Assembly (NCBI GenBank): GCA_963803705.1
Contig: CAWDNU010000001.1
Span: forward strand, 1-64,000
DNA length: 64,000 nt
Direction: 5' to 3'
From: an uncultured Pseudobdellovibrionaceae bacterium
GTDB taxonomy: Bacteria > Bdellovibrionota > Bdellovibrionia > Bdellovibrionales > UBA1609
Every line of letters starts with the position of its first letter. Position 1 is the first letter of the stretch. A model generated the notes under the pieces. That model did not search any database, was not told where the DNA came from, and was given only the letters and a program-made list of their open reading frames with translations. Below are positions 31,605 through 42,734 of this stretch, piece after piece. Position numbers and translations under genes: made by a program.

Positions 31605-32063
31605 ATGAAGTCCACATTTATGCTATTAACATTTACACTTTTAAGCACGACAGCATTTTCACAAACTAAAGACATCTTGTTTTGTACCTTTACAGAACCA
31701 TTTATCGACATATCTTTTGAAGCTGAAACAGGCCTAATTACCTACGTAAGTGTCGATAGTTATGATGAAGTAAATAAAACCTTCACACCTAAGGAACTTG
31801 CCAAAAACGGAAAATTAATTCCCGTAACTGGACCGGATGAAAGTGCTGCTGATTTCTATCCTGTTGAAGGAAGTCAGTTTGAACTTAAGGATGACAATGA
31901 CGATCTAATTTTGAGCTTAACCCTAGATTTTCAAGGTTCAGATGGTATGTCCGACACTATCTACCCGTTTACTGCAAAATATCTGTCTATATATGGTGGA
32001 TGCGAGACTCAAAAATATCCTGCCGTAGATACTTTAGATATTTTTGATGGTTTGAAGCGATAA
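31605..32063 (+). CDS. Secreted hypothetical protein
   Basis: Signal peptide; CxFTEPF motif; AGGAG RBS. Confidence 0.75.
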   Translation: MKSTFMLLTFTLLSTTAFSQTKDILFCTFTEPFIDISFEAETGLITYVSVDSYDEVNKTFTPKELAKNGKLIPVTGPDESAADFYPVEGSQFELKDDNDDLILSLTLDFQGSDGMSDTIYPFTAKYLSIYGGCETQKYPAVDTLDIFDGLKR

Positions 32064-32086
32064 AGTTTTCTTGTTCTAAATTCTAG

Positions 32087-32116
32087 AAAGGAGCTTCGTA
32101 GTCAACGAGCTCCTTT
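32087..32116. terminator. Probable bidirectional terminator
   Basis: AAAGGAGCT-N12-AGCTCCTTT between convergent genes. Confidence 0.7.
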
Positions 32117-32157
32117 ATTATTTGGCTTATCAGTTAGCAAGTAAGCTCTAATCTAAA

Positions 32158-33135
32158 CTAAAGTGCTTTTACTTTTTGAAAAATAGTACCAAAAATGTTT
32201 TGGCCTTCTAGATTTTTCATCTCTATTTTTATAGTATCCCCATTTTTCATAAATGGGGTCCTAAAATCACCAGTTTTTATTTTTTCGATCATCCTAAGTT
32301 CTTGAAGACAACTTGAGCCCACCGACTCGTCATCGTTAGAAACAGTTCCGCTTCCAATTATAGTGCCAGCAACCAAGGCTCTAGTTTTTGCTGCATGCGC
32401 TATCAGCTGACCAAAATTGAAAAACATTTCCTTAGCATTTGCTCTGCCAAAAAAACCGCCGTTGTATTCAACATCTAAAGGCAAACAGATCCGTCCATCT
32501 TTCCAAGCCTCGCCTAACTCGTCTTTAGTCACCGCCAATGGACCAAATGATGAAGAGGGTTTACTTTGAAAAAAACCAAAGCCATTTTTTAACTCTGCAG
32601 GTATTAGCCCCCTCAAGGAGACATCATTAATCACAACGAATAAAGCAATATAATCTAAAGCTTTCTCAGCGCTTATTCCCATTGGGACATCTAAAGTTAT
32701 AACGCCAACTTCGCCCTCGAAGTCTGTACCATGAGAAAAATCAACTTGAGGTATGTCCTCTGTAGGTGCCAAAAAGGTGTCACTGCCACCTTGATACATT
32801 AAGGGTACGGTTTCCAATGTATCGGGCATTTCGGCGCCCCTGGCCATTCTGACCAATCGAATATGATGGATAAATGCAGAGCCGTCAGCCCACTGAAATG
32901 CCCGTGGTAACGGAGAGCACATTTTATTAACGTCAAAATCTTTAAAGTCCTTAACCAAACCAGAATTAAGATCATCATAAATTTTTGTAAGTTTGGGTAA
33001 GTTACTTTGCCAATTTTCTAGTGCCGACTGCATTGTATCAGCGATTTGGGGCACCAATACGCACCTTGTGTTGTCCTGGTTTGCCACCACAAGCTTACCG
33101 TCTCTTGACCCATCATTTAAAGTCCCAAGTTTCAT
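32158..33135 (-). CDS. Fumarylacetoacetate hydrolase family protein
   Basis: PLPRAFQWADGSAF, DFEGEV, NDVSLR, GFGFFQSKP; divergent from maiA. Confidence 0.93.
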   Translation of the reverse strand: MKLGTLNDGSRDGKLVVANQDNTRCVLVPQIADTMQSALENWQSNLPKLTKIYDDLNSGLVKDFKDFDVNKMCSPLPRAFQWADGSAFIHHIRLVRMARGAEMPDTLETVPLMYQGGSDTFLAPTEDIPQVDFSHGTDFEGEVGVITLDVPMGISAEKALDYIALFVVINDVSLRGLIPAELKNGFGFFQSKPSSSFGPLAVTKDELGEAWKDGRICLPLDVEYNGGFFGRANAKEMFFNFGQLIAHAAKTRALVAGTIIGSGTVSNDDESVGSSCLQELRMIEKIKTGDFRTPFMKNGDTIKIEMKNLEGQNIFGTIFQKVKAL

Positions 33136-33245
33136 ATTTCGATCCCTTTTAAATTTTTATATAAGACATAGTTTACTACATAACCAAAAACCCGTTAAGA
33201 TTCAAAGAAAAAGCGTTTTCTAAGTTTTTTTCAAAGGAGCTAATC

Positions 33246-33896
33246 ATGGAATTTAAACTGTATAACTACTACCGAAGCTCTTGTTCTTACAGAGTCCGAA
33301 TCGCGCTTGAACTAAAGAGTATTGAATACAGTTACATTCCTATTCACCTGCTAAATGATGGAGGCGAACAGAAAACTCATGAGTATCGAAAGCTAAATTC
33401 TAAACAAGAAGTTCCGACGCTCATTCACGATGATACGCCAATTTCAGAATCCATGGCTATCATAGAGTACCTCGATGAAGTAAGGCCAGAGCCGCTACTT
33501 TTTCCAACCGATATTTTGCAAAAAACATTCGTCAGACAGGCTTGTGAAATCATCAACAGCGGCATACAGCCATTACAAAATTTAAGCGTTTTAAATAAGC
33601 TTGTAGATGACTTTGCTATCACTCCAGAGCAAAAAATAAAGTGGGTCCAAGATATTGTTATTCATGGGTTAACTTCCTTTGAAAGATTTATATCAAATAA
33701 AAGCGGCAAGTATTGTTTCGGCGACTCAATCACAGCTGCTGACCTATTTCTAGTACCCCAAGTGTTTAGCTCATTAAGATTCAAAGTCGATATTAGCCAG
33801 TTCCAAATTTTAGAACAAATCTATAATCAATGCACCCAGTTAGAGGCTTTCAGAAAGGCCCATCCAGCCGTGCAGCCTGACACTCCTAAAAAATAA
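33246..33896 (+). CDS. maiA: Maleylacetoacetate isomerase (GST zeta)
   Basis: LYNYYRSSCSYRVRIAL, SGIQPLQNL, AHP..QPD. Confidence 0.95.
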   Translation: MEFKLYNYYRSSCSYRVRIALELKSIEYSYIPIHLLNDGGEQKTHEYRKLNSKQEVPTLIHDDTPISESMAIIEYLDEVRPEPLLFPTDILQKTFVRQACEIINSGIQPLQNLSVLNKLVDDFAITPEQKIKWVQDIVIHGLTSFERFISNKSGKYCFGDSITAADLFLVPQVFSSLRFKVDISQFQILEQIYNQCTQLEAFRKAHPAVQPDTPKK

Positions 33897-33986
33897 ACTT
33901 AAATAAATTCAGCGAGCCTAATTTCATCAACTTTATTAAAAAGTAAATAAACTTCACTTTATGTAAGGAGTTGCATATGATGTCCT

Positions 33987-34706
33987 ATGCTTAAACTGAT
34001 AACCTTACTTTTTTACTTTTCATTTTTAATTGGATGCGCTGAAATTGAACTTAAAACGCTATCAGAAGATGTGAAAAAAGTGTTCACCCAGAGTGTAGTC
34101 ACAGAAAGTGATATAATTAAGGCTTTCAAAGAGGTATTACTGACTTCGACAACTAAAAGTGTACTTGCTCTTTCTTCAGAAAACGGTTTTTTAAATGATA
34201 AAGATGTTGCCATTCCATTTCCCTCCGAAGCTAAAAAGCTAGAAAAAACTTTGCGAAAATTGGGATTTAGTTCTTTGTGCGACAATTTTTATAATTCGAT
34301 GAACCTTGCAGCTGAAAAAGCTGTAGATCAAGCAGCACCACTTTTTATCGATGCCATAAAGAATATTACATTTGTAGAGGCCACTAAATTACTTAAAGGC
34401 AACGATACAGCAATCACTGATTTTTTGAAAAACAAGACCTCCAGACCTTTGGTTTCAAAATTTGAACCGATAATTGCAAGCTATTTAGAAAAAAATGAAG
34501 CCACTCAAAGCTGGAACAAACTAATCACTAAATATAACAAACTACCCCTAGTAAAACCTGTGCAATCAAACCTATCGTACCATGTGACAGAAAAAACTAT
34601 TGAGGGTTTATTTTTGTATATTTCTAGACAAGAGGCCTCTGTTAGAAATAACCCCAAAGATCGAACCACGGCTTTAATTCAAAAAGTCTTTTCTCAAGCA
34701 GATTAG
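33987..34706 (+). CDS. DUF4197 family lipoprotein
   Basis: IP.P, SMN.AAEKA, F.DAI..ITF..A..LL.G...A.T, GLF.YI...E..VR.NP..RTT.L..KVF. Confidence 0.88.
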   Translation: MLKLITLLFYFSFLIGCAEIELKTLSEDVKKVFTQSVVTESDIIKAFKEVLLTSTTKSVLALSSENGFLNDKDVAIPFPSEAKKLEKTLRKLGFSSLCDNFYNSMNLAAEKAVDQAAPLFIDAIKNITFVEATKLLKGNDTAITDFLKNKTSRPLVSKFEPIIASYLEKNEATQSWNKLITKYNKLPLVKPVQSNLSYHVTEKTIEGLFLYISRQEASVRNNPKDRTTALIQKVFSQAD

Positions 34707-34750
34707 AGCTCAGGGCGTGTCCTCATGAATTTTGTTGTGATCGATTTAAT

Positions 34751-35209
34751 CTAGAAAACATTGTAACTAAAAGCTTGAGATTGGGCAGGGGAACAAGTTG
34801 TAAAACTACTGACACTTTCAATTAAGTCAGTGTAAAGAATGTTTCTATCAATATTAAAAGAATATTTTTCGTTATCACATAGGATATGATCATCCCCAAA
34901 TTCACAGTTCATAGTGTTGGTCGTTTTGATAGTCTGGTTTGAGCGGCTCTTACAGCTTATTTTAACATCGCTCTTTGGTCGTAAATTAGAGTTAGTTCTT
35001 GGTACCAACCTAACTCTAAGCAGACAATCAAACATATTTTTTCCACCAAACGGATCACGCTGCAGCACTGACGCACACCAATCACCACCAACCAAAGAAT
35101 TTTCTTGCGCACTAAGTTGCGTGTTGTTTGTATTTAAATTGTCTAAACTGACAACTTTACAGCCCAAAAAAAATACTACGTTCAAAGTAAAAAAGAATAT
35201 TTTCATCAT
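34751..35209 (-). CDS. Hypothetical lipoprotein
   Basis: Lipobox FLGC; several Cys. Confidence 0.65.
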   Translation of the reverse strand: MMKIFFFTLNVVFFLGCKVVSLDNLNTNNTQLSAQENSLVGGDWCASVLQRDPFGGKNMFDCLLRVRLVPRTNSNLRPKSDVKISCKSRSNQTIKTTNTMNCEFGDDHILCDNEKYSFNIDRNILYTDLIESVSSFTTCSPAQSQAFSYNVF

Positions 35210-35241
35210 AAATCCTACTTTTAGAGTTTTTGGAAATAAGC

Positions 35242-35392
35242 TTAAGCAGATTGCTAATTTTTTTGTTTTAGTCCCATACGTAAATATGCTGGGCTCGTTG
35301 TCACTTATATTGCGAATGCAATATAAGTGACAAGGCCTGTCCCAGTATATTTACGTACAAGACTAAAACAAAAAAATTAGCAATCTGCTTAA
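35242..35392. mobile_element. 151-bp imperfect palindrome, MITE-like
   Basis: Perfect 32-bp terminal inverted repeats (TTAAGCAGATTGCTAATTTTTTTGTTTTAGTC), an inner 17-bp stem with one G-T pair and a perfect 16-bp apical stem around GAAT. Confidence 0.65.
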
Positions 35393-35415
35393 AAAAATTG
35401 TATCTTTAAAACTTC

Positions 35416-36283
35416 TTAGAAGTAAAGAAAAGACCAGCGGTCTATAAGCGGGGCCATCAGAAATGCAAGTAGACTAAAGTTCACTGATAGGAAAAAACCT
35501 AACCAGGCTTTTTCTTTTTTCTGTGTAAATATATAAAATCTATATAAAACCAAAATGCTAAAAGGCAAGACAATCAGAAAGTGGATATAAGAGGCCTGTA
35601 TTGTGAAAGGTGCGCTAAGTGCCACTGCTAGATATACAAATACGTATAGTCCAATGTGATAAATTGTTCTGTTAACGCCAAACATATATGGCAAGACTGG
35701 GATTCCTGCTTTACCGTAATCATCTTTAAATCTAATAGCCAAAGTCCAGAAGTGTGGCATTTGCCATAAAAATAAAATTAGAAAAATATGGATGTGTACG
35801 GGATCAAGTAAGTTTGTGTTATGACATGCAAAACCAATACTGACTGGTAAAGATCCTGGAATTGCACCTGGGACTGCCCCAAAAGTCCACTTTTTCTTCC
35901 AATACAAAGTGTATAAGAAGTTGTATAGAACTACTGTAAATAGCCCTAAACCTGCAGCTAAAGAGTTGAACGTGGCAAGCAGTAGCAGTCCGACTCCACA
36001 AAATGTAAAACCCAGAAAGTAGGCCTGCCATGCTTTGATTTTACCAGAAGGTATTGGTCTTTTTGAAGTTCGGTCCATTTTTAAATCAAGTCGCCACTCT
36101 TGAGCTTGGTTAACTGCGAAGCTTCCAGAACTCAAAAAATAAAGACCCAAGAGAAAAACTACAACTTGCTCTGATTTCAAAAGGTTGGCCAAATGGGGAA
36201 CCAAGAACAAATCCTATCAGGCCAGAAAATATAACAAAGATTACTATTCCAGATTTTGTGAGGTCTAAGTAAGCCTTGATCAT
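35416..36283 (-). CDS. ctaB: Protoheme IX farnesyltransferase (one frameshift near 36195)
   Basis: MIKAYLDLTKSGI start in another frame; D.KMDRTSKRPIPSG, YT..WK, GAVPGA.P, FLWQMPHF..LA....DDY..AGIP.LP. Confidence 0.93.
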
Positions 36284-36288
36284 CTGGA

Positions 36289-36619
36289 TTATAGTGTGCT
36301 TTTTTCTGCCACTCTTGTGACAAAATCAAATATCGTAAAGACCCAAACATGATGAGTAGAAACCAACGGATCCCACTAAGATTGAGTATAAGTTTGTTAT
36401 CGTACTTTAAATGCATAAAGTACATTCCGACTAAAGTGGCTTTCAAGGTCGCAATGGACATTGCGACTAACACCGTTGAATGCCCCAAAGTGAAATTGAG
36501 CCACCCAAACCGTAATAACTGTCAGACAAATAAGAGCGGCAAATACACTCATGTAAACGGTAAAGGTAAGTGTGTGTGACCATGATCTACTTGTGAGGTG
36601 GTGATTAGACATGCTCCAT
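36289..36619 (-). CDS. ctaF: Cytochrome c oxidase subunit IV (frameshifted)
   Basis: Y..VF.AL..LT.ITV.VA and IATLKATLV..YFMHLKYD in adjacent frames. Confidence 0.85.
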
Positions 36620-36648
36620 AAAACTCCTTAAAATAAATTCTAAATTGA

Positions 36649-37299
36649 TTAAACTAAATACAGTAAAGGGAATAAGTAAATCCAAACTAAATCGACTAAA
36701 TGCCAAAAAAGTGCAACGCCTTCTACAGGCGTGTAGTAGCTCACTGTGGAATTCACCTTTCAAAGTTCTAATTAAGAACCCATGTGATAAGCCCATACCA
36801 ATTAAAACGTGAACCCCGTGCAATCCAGTCATTGAAAAATACAGTGAGAAATACAAAGCCAGATTCTCGACTGTAGACTCGTGACCAAAGAATTTACCTG
36901 GATACAGATGCTCATGGAATTTATGGGTGTACTCAATAAATTTGATCGCCATAAATCACGCACCGCACATACCAGTGTATGATAAAGATACATGTTGCGC
37001 GCTTTACGATTGTTCTTTTGAAGAAAGTAAATAGAAAGAGCGATCGTTAACGAACTGAAATAGAAGAATGACCGTATTGGCCGCTCCATATTTCCAGTTT
37101 AGAAAAGTTGGCGCCCTCTTCAAATATTTCAGGGTATCGAGAACAAAATAGAGCATAGGAAACAAAAAGTCCACCAAACATCAGAATCTCGGTGCACATG
37201 AAAAACCAGACACCAAATTTACTGGTTTCAAATTCATGGGCAGCACTATTATAGTGATGAGCAAATTCCACCTTTCGTTCTATTAACTGCTGTACTCAT
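36649..37299 (-). CDS. ctaE: Cytochrome c oxidase subunit III (several frameshifts)
   Basis: [34 protein letters not shown] and [19 protein letters not shown] in different frames. Confidence 0.9.
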
Positions 37300-38874
37300 A
37301 AGGACCTCCTGTAACAACTGGCGATTCTTCAAAGTTTTCATGAGGGAGGTGAAGACGAAGTTGTCCACTCCAAAGTTTTTGATCCCCATGGATTATTTGG
37401 AGCTTTTTCACCTTTCAATATGCAGTTTATAATAACGTACAAAGCTAAAAAGAATCCTGCACCAATCATCCAAGATCCAAATGTAGAGATTTGGTTTAAG
37501 ACTTGTGTACTCAGGTAGATAGTTGTAATATCGTCTCGGCATTCCCATCGATCCTAAAATAAACTGAGGGAAAAACGTGACATTGAAACCCAGGAAGATC
37601 AGCACAAAAGTGATTTGGGCTAAAAACTCATTATACATTTTACCGAACATCTTAGGTAACCAGTAGTAAATACCACCCATAATCGCCATCAAAGTACCAC
37701 CTACCATCACATAATGGAAGTGAGCTACGACAAAATAGGTGTCATGAAAATGCACGTCTGCTCCCAAGGTGGCTAAAAAGATTCCAGTAACTCCACCTAT
37801 TGTAAACAAGAAAATAAAACCGAACGCATAGAGCATCGGAGATCTAAATTCAATAGATCCTTTGTAGAGTGTTGCTACCCAATTAAATACTTTGATCGCG
37901 GTAGGGACTCCAACAAGCATTGTGATTAATGAAAATAACCAGGCTGCCCAAGTAGATTCACCACTGACAAACATATGGTGACCCCAAACGAAAAAGCTGA
38001 CAGCAGCAATTCCTACAGAGGAAAATGCGATAGCCTTATAACCAAAAATTTGTTTTTTAGAAAAGGTTGTAATTAGCTCGCTTACGATACCCATTGCAGG
38101 CAAGATCATGATGTAAACAGCGGGATGAGAATAAAACCAGAAAAAATGCTGAAATAAGATAGGGTCCCCGCCCAGCTTTGCATCAAAAAAACCGATTCCC
38201 AAAATCTTTTCCAAAGCCAAAAGTAATAAAGTTATCCCCAGCACTGGGGTTGCAATAATTTGGATGATTGCTGTCGAATAAAGAGCCCAAACCATTAACG
38301 GCATTCTGAAGAAAGTCATCCCAGGGGCGCGCAACCTATGGGTTGTAGCAACAAAATTTAGTCCAGTTAAAATTGATGAAAAGCCCATGACAAAAGCTCC
38401 TAACACCATAAGGAGTGTACCGCCGGCCGCTTTATCAATACTGTAAGGTGTATAGAAGGTCCAACCCGTATCAGCGCCACCATAAATTAGTGACGAAAAT
38501 GAAATCACTGCACCGACCATCAAGCAGTACCAGCTTAGTAAATTCACTCTGGGGAAAGCGACATCCTTTGCTCCTATATGGAGGGGAAGAATAAAGTTTC
38601 CGATAAAGGCTGGTATACCAGGTATGATCACCATGAATGTCATAATGGCACCATGAAAAGTCATAGACTGATTATATTGATCAGCCGACATAAAAAGTTT
38701 ACCTGCGTTGATCAATTCTAACCTCATCAAAAGGGCAAAGATCCCTCCAATAAAAAAGAAAGATAATACTGAAAGCATATACATGATTCCAATTCTTTTA
38801 TGATCTAAGGTTGTTAACCACGACCAGAGACCCGACTTCTCGTTTAAATAATTTACTCCTGGTGCACTAGACAT
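37283..38874 (-). CDS. ctaD: Cytochrome c oxidase subunit I (frameshifts near the 3' end)
   Basis: [47 protein letters not shown]; tail [15 protein letters not shown] in another frame. Confidence 0.97.
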
Positions 38875-38888
38875 ATTTTGTTGCTCCC

Positions 38889-39881
38889 TTAGTTCATACT
38901 GGTGTCTGAGTTTCCATCAGACTTTGAAGATTGACTCTTGAAATATTCAATAACTGCTTTCAACTCTGTTTCACTTAAGTTTTGAGCATTCATTTGATTT
39001 GCGTATCCCTTAACAATTTTTTTTGCAGGATATAAAATGGACTCGCGGATATAATTTTCATCAATGACCGTATTTGTACCATCAGCAAATTCTCTTTTGG
39101 TACCCCAAATACCGGCAAAGCCCGGTCCAATTTTTCTTTCCTTAGTAACATTGTGGCAAGATACGCAAGTTCCTTTTTCAATAATTAGACGCCCTCTTTC
39201 AGCTAATGGCAGATCTTTAACTTTAGAATTTTCAATCAGCCAATTGTCGAAATCAGAAGGGGTCATGACTTTAAGATTAGCGAGCATGTTAGAGTGGCTG
39301 GTGCCGCAATATTCTGTGCAAAAAACTTGGTAATCTCCTGGAGTCCGGGCAGTAAACCAAAGTGCAGTATATCGCCCAGGTACCGCATCTTGTTTGATCC
39401 GAAAAGCCGGAATAAAAAAACTGTGTAAGACATCCTCTGCCTGGATAATCAATTTAACGGGATGACCTACAGGAACTGCAAATTCGTTGTTTGTTTGCAC
39501 TCCGCTTTTGTAATCAAATTTCCATCCCCACTGATAGCCTGTTACGTGAATTTCAAAAGCGTCTTTGGGCATAGTTCTCATGTCTTTGTGAATGATGATC
39601 CCCCATACAAAGACGATCATAAAAATTACGAAAGGAATAAAGCTCCATAAAAATTCAAGCGCTGTGTTGCCGTGAATATTAGGGGTGATGTCATTATCTG
39701 TCTTTCTTTTGTACTTATAAGCAAACCAAATCATGCCACCAATCAAAAGTACGAAAGAGATACAGCTCGTAATAATTAAAAAGCCATACAAGGAATCTAC
39801 AGACTCAGATATTTTAGTACCTTGGTAAGGCATGTAGGTACTTGCATTTGCAACATTAAAAATTAAATCCAGCATCAGCAC
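38889..39881 (-). CDS. ctaC: Cytochrome c oxidase subunit II with fused cytochrome c
   Basis: [21 protein letters not shown]uA motif, CVSCH heme motif. Confidence 0.96.
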   Translation of the reverse strand: MLMLDLIFNVANASTYMPYQGTKISESVDSLYGFLIITSCISFVLLIGGMIWFAYKYKRKTDNDITPNIHGNTALEFLWSFIPFVIFMIVFVWGIIIHKDMRTMPKDAFEIHVTGYQWGWKFDYKSGVQTNNEFAVPVGHPVKLIIQAEDVLHSFFIPAFRIKQDAVPGRYTALWFTARTPGDYQVFCTEYCGTSHSNMLANLKVMTPSDFDNWLIENSKVKDLPLAERGRLIIEKGTCVSCHNVTKERKIGPGFAGIWGTKREFADGTNTVIDENYIRESILYPAKKIVKGYANQMNAQNLSETELKAVIEYFKSQSSKSDGNSDTSMN

Positions 39882-39885
39882 TCCT

Positions 39886-40734
39886 TTAAGACTTTAAAAG
39901 TTTTATCCATGTGGGGACCAAGAATACAACTAGTAACAATAAAGTTATCAAAGCCCCTATCTTCATGACATTGAATGCGTAAATCGTATATTTATTTTTT
40001 TTTGGATTAAATTGGAAACACATCATCAAGGCGCGATCAATAAATGATCCAACCTTACCCTGGGCAGCCTCTATCAGAGCAAGACGAAGCGTTTTAGGAT
40101 CAAACTCGACCCCTGATATAATTTGAGAGATTTTTCCCTCGGCAGTTAACACATAGACAGCTGAAGAGTGGGCGAATTGGTTCGTCTCTTCATCCCACTT
40201 GTAGGAAAAACCAAGTTGATCAGTTAGCTCATCTACACTTGATTCATTTCCGACAAGAAAACTCCACCCAGTGCGCGCTTCGTCCTTATTTTTGAAAGAC
40301 TTAATATAGCTTTCTTTCTTATCTGCAGCTAGCTCTGAAGTTTCAGTCGCATCCATACTCACAGATATCCACTGAAAATCTGAACCAGCTTTTAAATTTA
40401 AGTCCTCTAGGGCAGCAGTAACGCCATTCATGTGTAAACTGCAAAGACCAGGACACATATAGTAAACCATTGAAAGCAAAGCTGGCTTACCAGTTTTAAA
40501 ATACGTGCCAAAATGCTTTGATTCCCCAGCCTCATTTTTAAAAGGCAGACTTAGATTTAAACTTTCGCCTTTTTTAGAGAAGTCGATGCCAACATTATCC
40601 ATCTTAGCATTTTCTTTTGCAATATCGTACTTGGTCGGTGTCTCAGTATCGTAAGCAAAGGCTGATGGAGCAAATAATATCAGCGACAAAATTATATTTA
40701 AGAAAGCTTTAAAAGCAAAATAAATTAAGTACAT
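39886..40734 (-). CDS. SCO family copper chaperone
   Basis: YYMCPGLC, QFAHSSAVYVLT.EGKIS; cox operon context. Confidence 0.9.
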   Translation of the reverse strand: MYLIYFAFKAFLNIILSLILFAPSAFAYDTETPTKYDIAKENAKMDNVGIDFSKKGESLNLSLPFKNEAGESKHFGTYFKTGKPALLSMVYYMCPGLCSLHMNGVTAALEDLNLKAGSDFQWISVSMDATETSELAADKKESYIKSFKNKDEARTGWSFLVGNESSVDELTDQLGFSYKWDEETNQFAHSSAVYVLTAEGKISQIISGVEFDPKTLRLALIEAAQGKVGSFIDRALMMCFQFNPKKNKYTIYAFNVMKIGALITLLLLVVFLVPTWIKLLKS

Positions 40735-40738
40735 TCTT

Positions 40739-41269
40739 TTAGTCAGCCTTTTCGCTGATTGCAAATTTAACCAACTCGTCTTTATCGTCAGCGACTTCAT
40801 TTTTGGTTATCGAACGGATTAAATGGATTACTGCCCATCTTTCATTTTTAGGTAGATGTTTAAACGAAGCCATTATTGCTGGGACTTTGGGGTCAGATTC
40901 AAGACCGTTCTGCAAAGTTTTGTAAAGAGCGATAGATGTTCCACCTTTTTTCCAATTACCTTCAATTAGATTTCTAGCGCCCATTGCAGCTACACCCTTA
41001 TAATCTGCTCCATGACAAGCTACACAGTTGGCCGAATATACTTTCTGACCCGCAGTTATCATCTCGCCTGAAGACACCCAGGGTTCTTCAACAGCAGTTA
41101 GATCAAAAGTCTTAGCTTGTAAATTTGGATTGTAGTCTTTCACTAAATTTTTATCTACATTTTTCACACCTGGGTGGATAAACGCAATATAAATGAAAAA
41201 AACAGCCGTAAAAATCATGCAGCCGTTGAAAACTCTAAACCCTGATTTGTTGTAGGGATCTGTGGACAT
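40739..41269 (-). CDS. Membrane-anchored monoheme cytochrome c
   Basis: N-terminal TM helix, CVACH, distal Met (IMASF). Confidence 0.9.
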   Translation of the reverse strand: MSTDPYNKSGFRVFNGCMIFTAVFFIYIAFIHPGVKNVDKNLVKDYNPNLQAKTFDLTAVEEPWVSSGEMITAGQKVYSANCVACHGADYKGVAAMGARNLIEGNWKKGGTSIALYKTLQNGLESDPKVPAIMASFKHLPKNERWAVIHLIRSITKNEVADDKDELVKFAISEKAD

Positions 41270-41386
41270 TATTCATACTCCTTAATGGATCTCATTTTTA
41301 CTCTTTCAAATGCGATAAATCAACTTTGAACAGAAATAAAACGTTCAAATATAGACACTTGCTGGCTCTTTATTTAATCTTAGGTT

Positions 41387-41707
41387 ATGTCTAAATTTAT
41401 ACCACTTCTTTTTTGTCTATTCGTTTTAACAGCGTCATGTTCTCACAGTAATCTTGAGGCTCACTTTCAAAAATCTCAGACTGGCTGGTCCAAAGAGCAA
41501 GTTTTTCGAAACTTTGGCACCCCTGACGACTCTTTTGAAGATTCAAGCTTCAAATACTATGTTTATAAATATGTTGGAAAGCCAAAGACATATAACAACG
41601 ATTCTGTGATTTGGAATGTGAAATACGTGTTTAAAAGCAACAAAGTTGTAGAGGTCTTAAAGGAAAGACAACCCACAGCTCAGGAATTAGATAAGTTGCA
41701 AGATTAG
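41387..41707 (+). CDS. Small BamE/SmpA-like lipoprotein
   Basis: Lipobox TASC; G.SKEQV...FGTP motif. Confidence 0.65.
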   Translation: MSKFIPLLFCLFVLTASCSHSNLEAHFQKSQTGWSKEQVFRNFGTPDDSFEDSSFKYYVYKYVGKPKTYNNDSVIWNVKYVFKSNKVVEVLKERQPTAQELDKLQD

Positions 41708-41803
41708 ATCACTCTAAACAGTAATCAATAACTTATTGAAAGATGCTATCGATTATATGACCCAAGCCGAAAGTCCTTTAGCATATAATTTTTCAAAAGC
41801 TCA

Positions 41804-42706
41804 TTAAAAATCTTCCTCGACATCAATCGCGTCAGATTTAGATCCAAGGCTCCCATCATCTAAAAGTTCCTCGTCAGTATTTTCTTGTTCCCCAGTTAAA
41901 TCATGAGCTTCTACGAGCGTCCAAGAAAGCTCACAAGGTAAGTGCGAAATTCGCTGAACAATAATGTAAGCTTTTACCGCTGGAATGGCTTTAAGTAAAA
42001 GAACTCCATTTTTTATTCTTTGATCTGCATTTTTCAAGTCCAAAGACAACTTTTGGTCGTCCAAAGAACTTAGGACTTCAATTCTTGTTTCTTTCGAATC
42101 GATGCTGGCAATTTCTAAATCGAAATAATACCCGGCACCTTTAAATTTTTCGGAATCCAATTCGCCGAAAAGCTGCATTTCTTTTAAAAAATCATCTGCA
42201 GAGGTAGGATCTGCGACTTCAGAAACAGAGTCCTGTTCCGAACTAAGTTCTTCTGGCAAAAGGTTCTCAAGCTCTGGGTTCTTATGATCTAAAAAATCTT
42301 CTGGATCATCAAACAAAGCTTCTACGTTACTTTCTTCCACAGATTCTAGGTTCCCCTCGCCCTGTAGATTCAAGTTTACTTCATCAATATAGTCTTCGGT
42401 TGAGCTCGATGAACCTGAATCTATAATCAGATCAGATGCAAGATCTTCTGACACATTATCAGAGAACAAATCTTGCAAATCATCATTGTGCTTAGTTTCA
42501 GAGGATTTTTCCAAAGCAGGTGTAGCGTCACTTACAGCACTGGCACTGACGCTGACACTTTCATTATCGTCAACGACTACAGACTCTTCGTCGTCCTGAA
42601 TTTTGACCTCGTCGTCTACTACAAAAACCACGGAACCACATTTGGAGCAGGTTTCTAACCCAAAGTCTTCTTTTAATTCATTTTCACATTTGGGACATGT
42701 AGCCAA
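41804..42706 (-). CDS. Hypothetical protein: zinc ribbon, long acidic linker, C-terminal domain
   Basis: CPKC..CSKC at a likely TTG start (42706); D/E-rich middle. Confidence 0.75.
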   Translation of the reverse strand: MATCPKCENELKEDFGLETCSKCGSVVFVVDDEVKIQDDEESVVVDDNESVSVSASAVSDATPALEKSSETKHNDDLQDLFSDNVSEDLASDLIIDSGSSSSTEDYIDEVNLNLQGEGNLESVEESNVEALFDDPEDFLDHKNPELENLLPEELSSEQDSVSEVADPTSADDFLKEMQLFGELDSEKFKGAGYYFDLEIASIDSKETRIEVLSSLDDQKLSLDLKNADQRIKNGVLLLKAIPAVKAYIIVQRISHLPCELSWTLVEAHDLTGEQENTDEELLDDGSLGSKSDAIDVEEDF

Positions 42707-42734
42707 TCCAGAACCCTCTAAAGTTTTTCTTAAG

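Noticed and set aside
34914..35330. 138-aa plus-strand ORF running into the palindrome
   Set aside because: Antisense shadow of the lipoprotein gene; no transposase motif.
36150..37520. Cluster of frameshifts suggesting pseudogenisation of the cox operon
   Set aside because: Motifs are intact across frames, and essential secA and coaBC show similar single indels; long-read error is more parsimonious.
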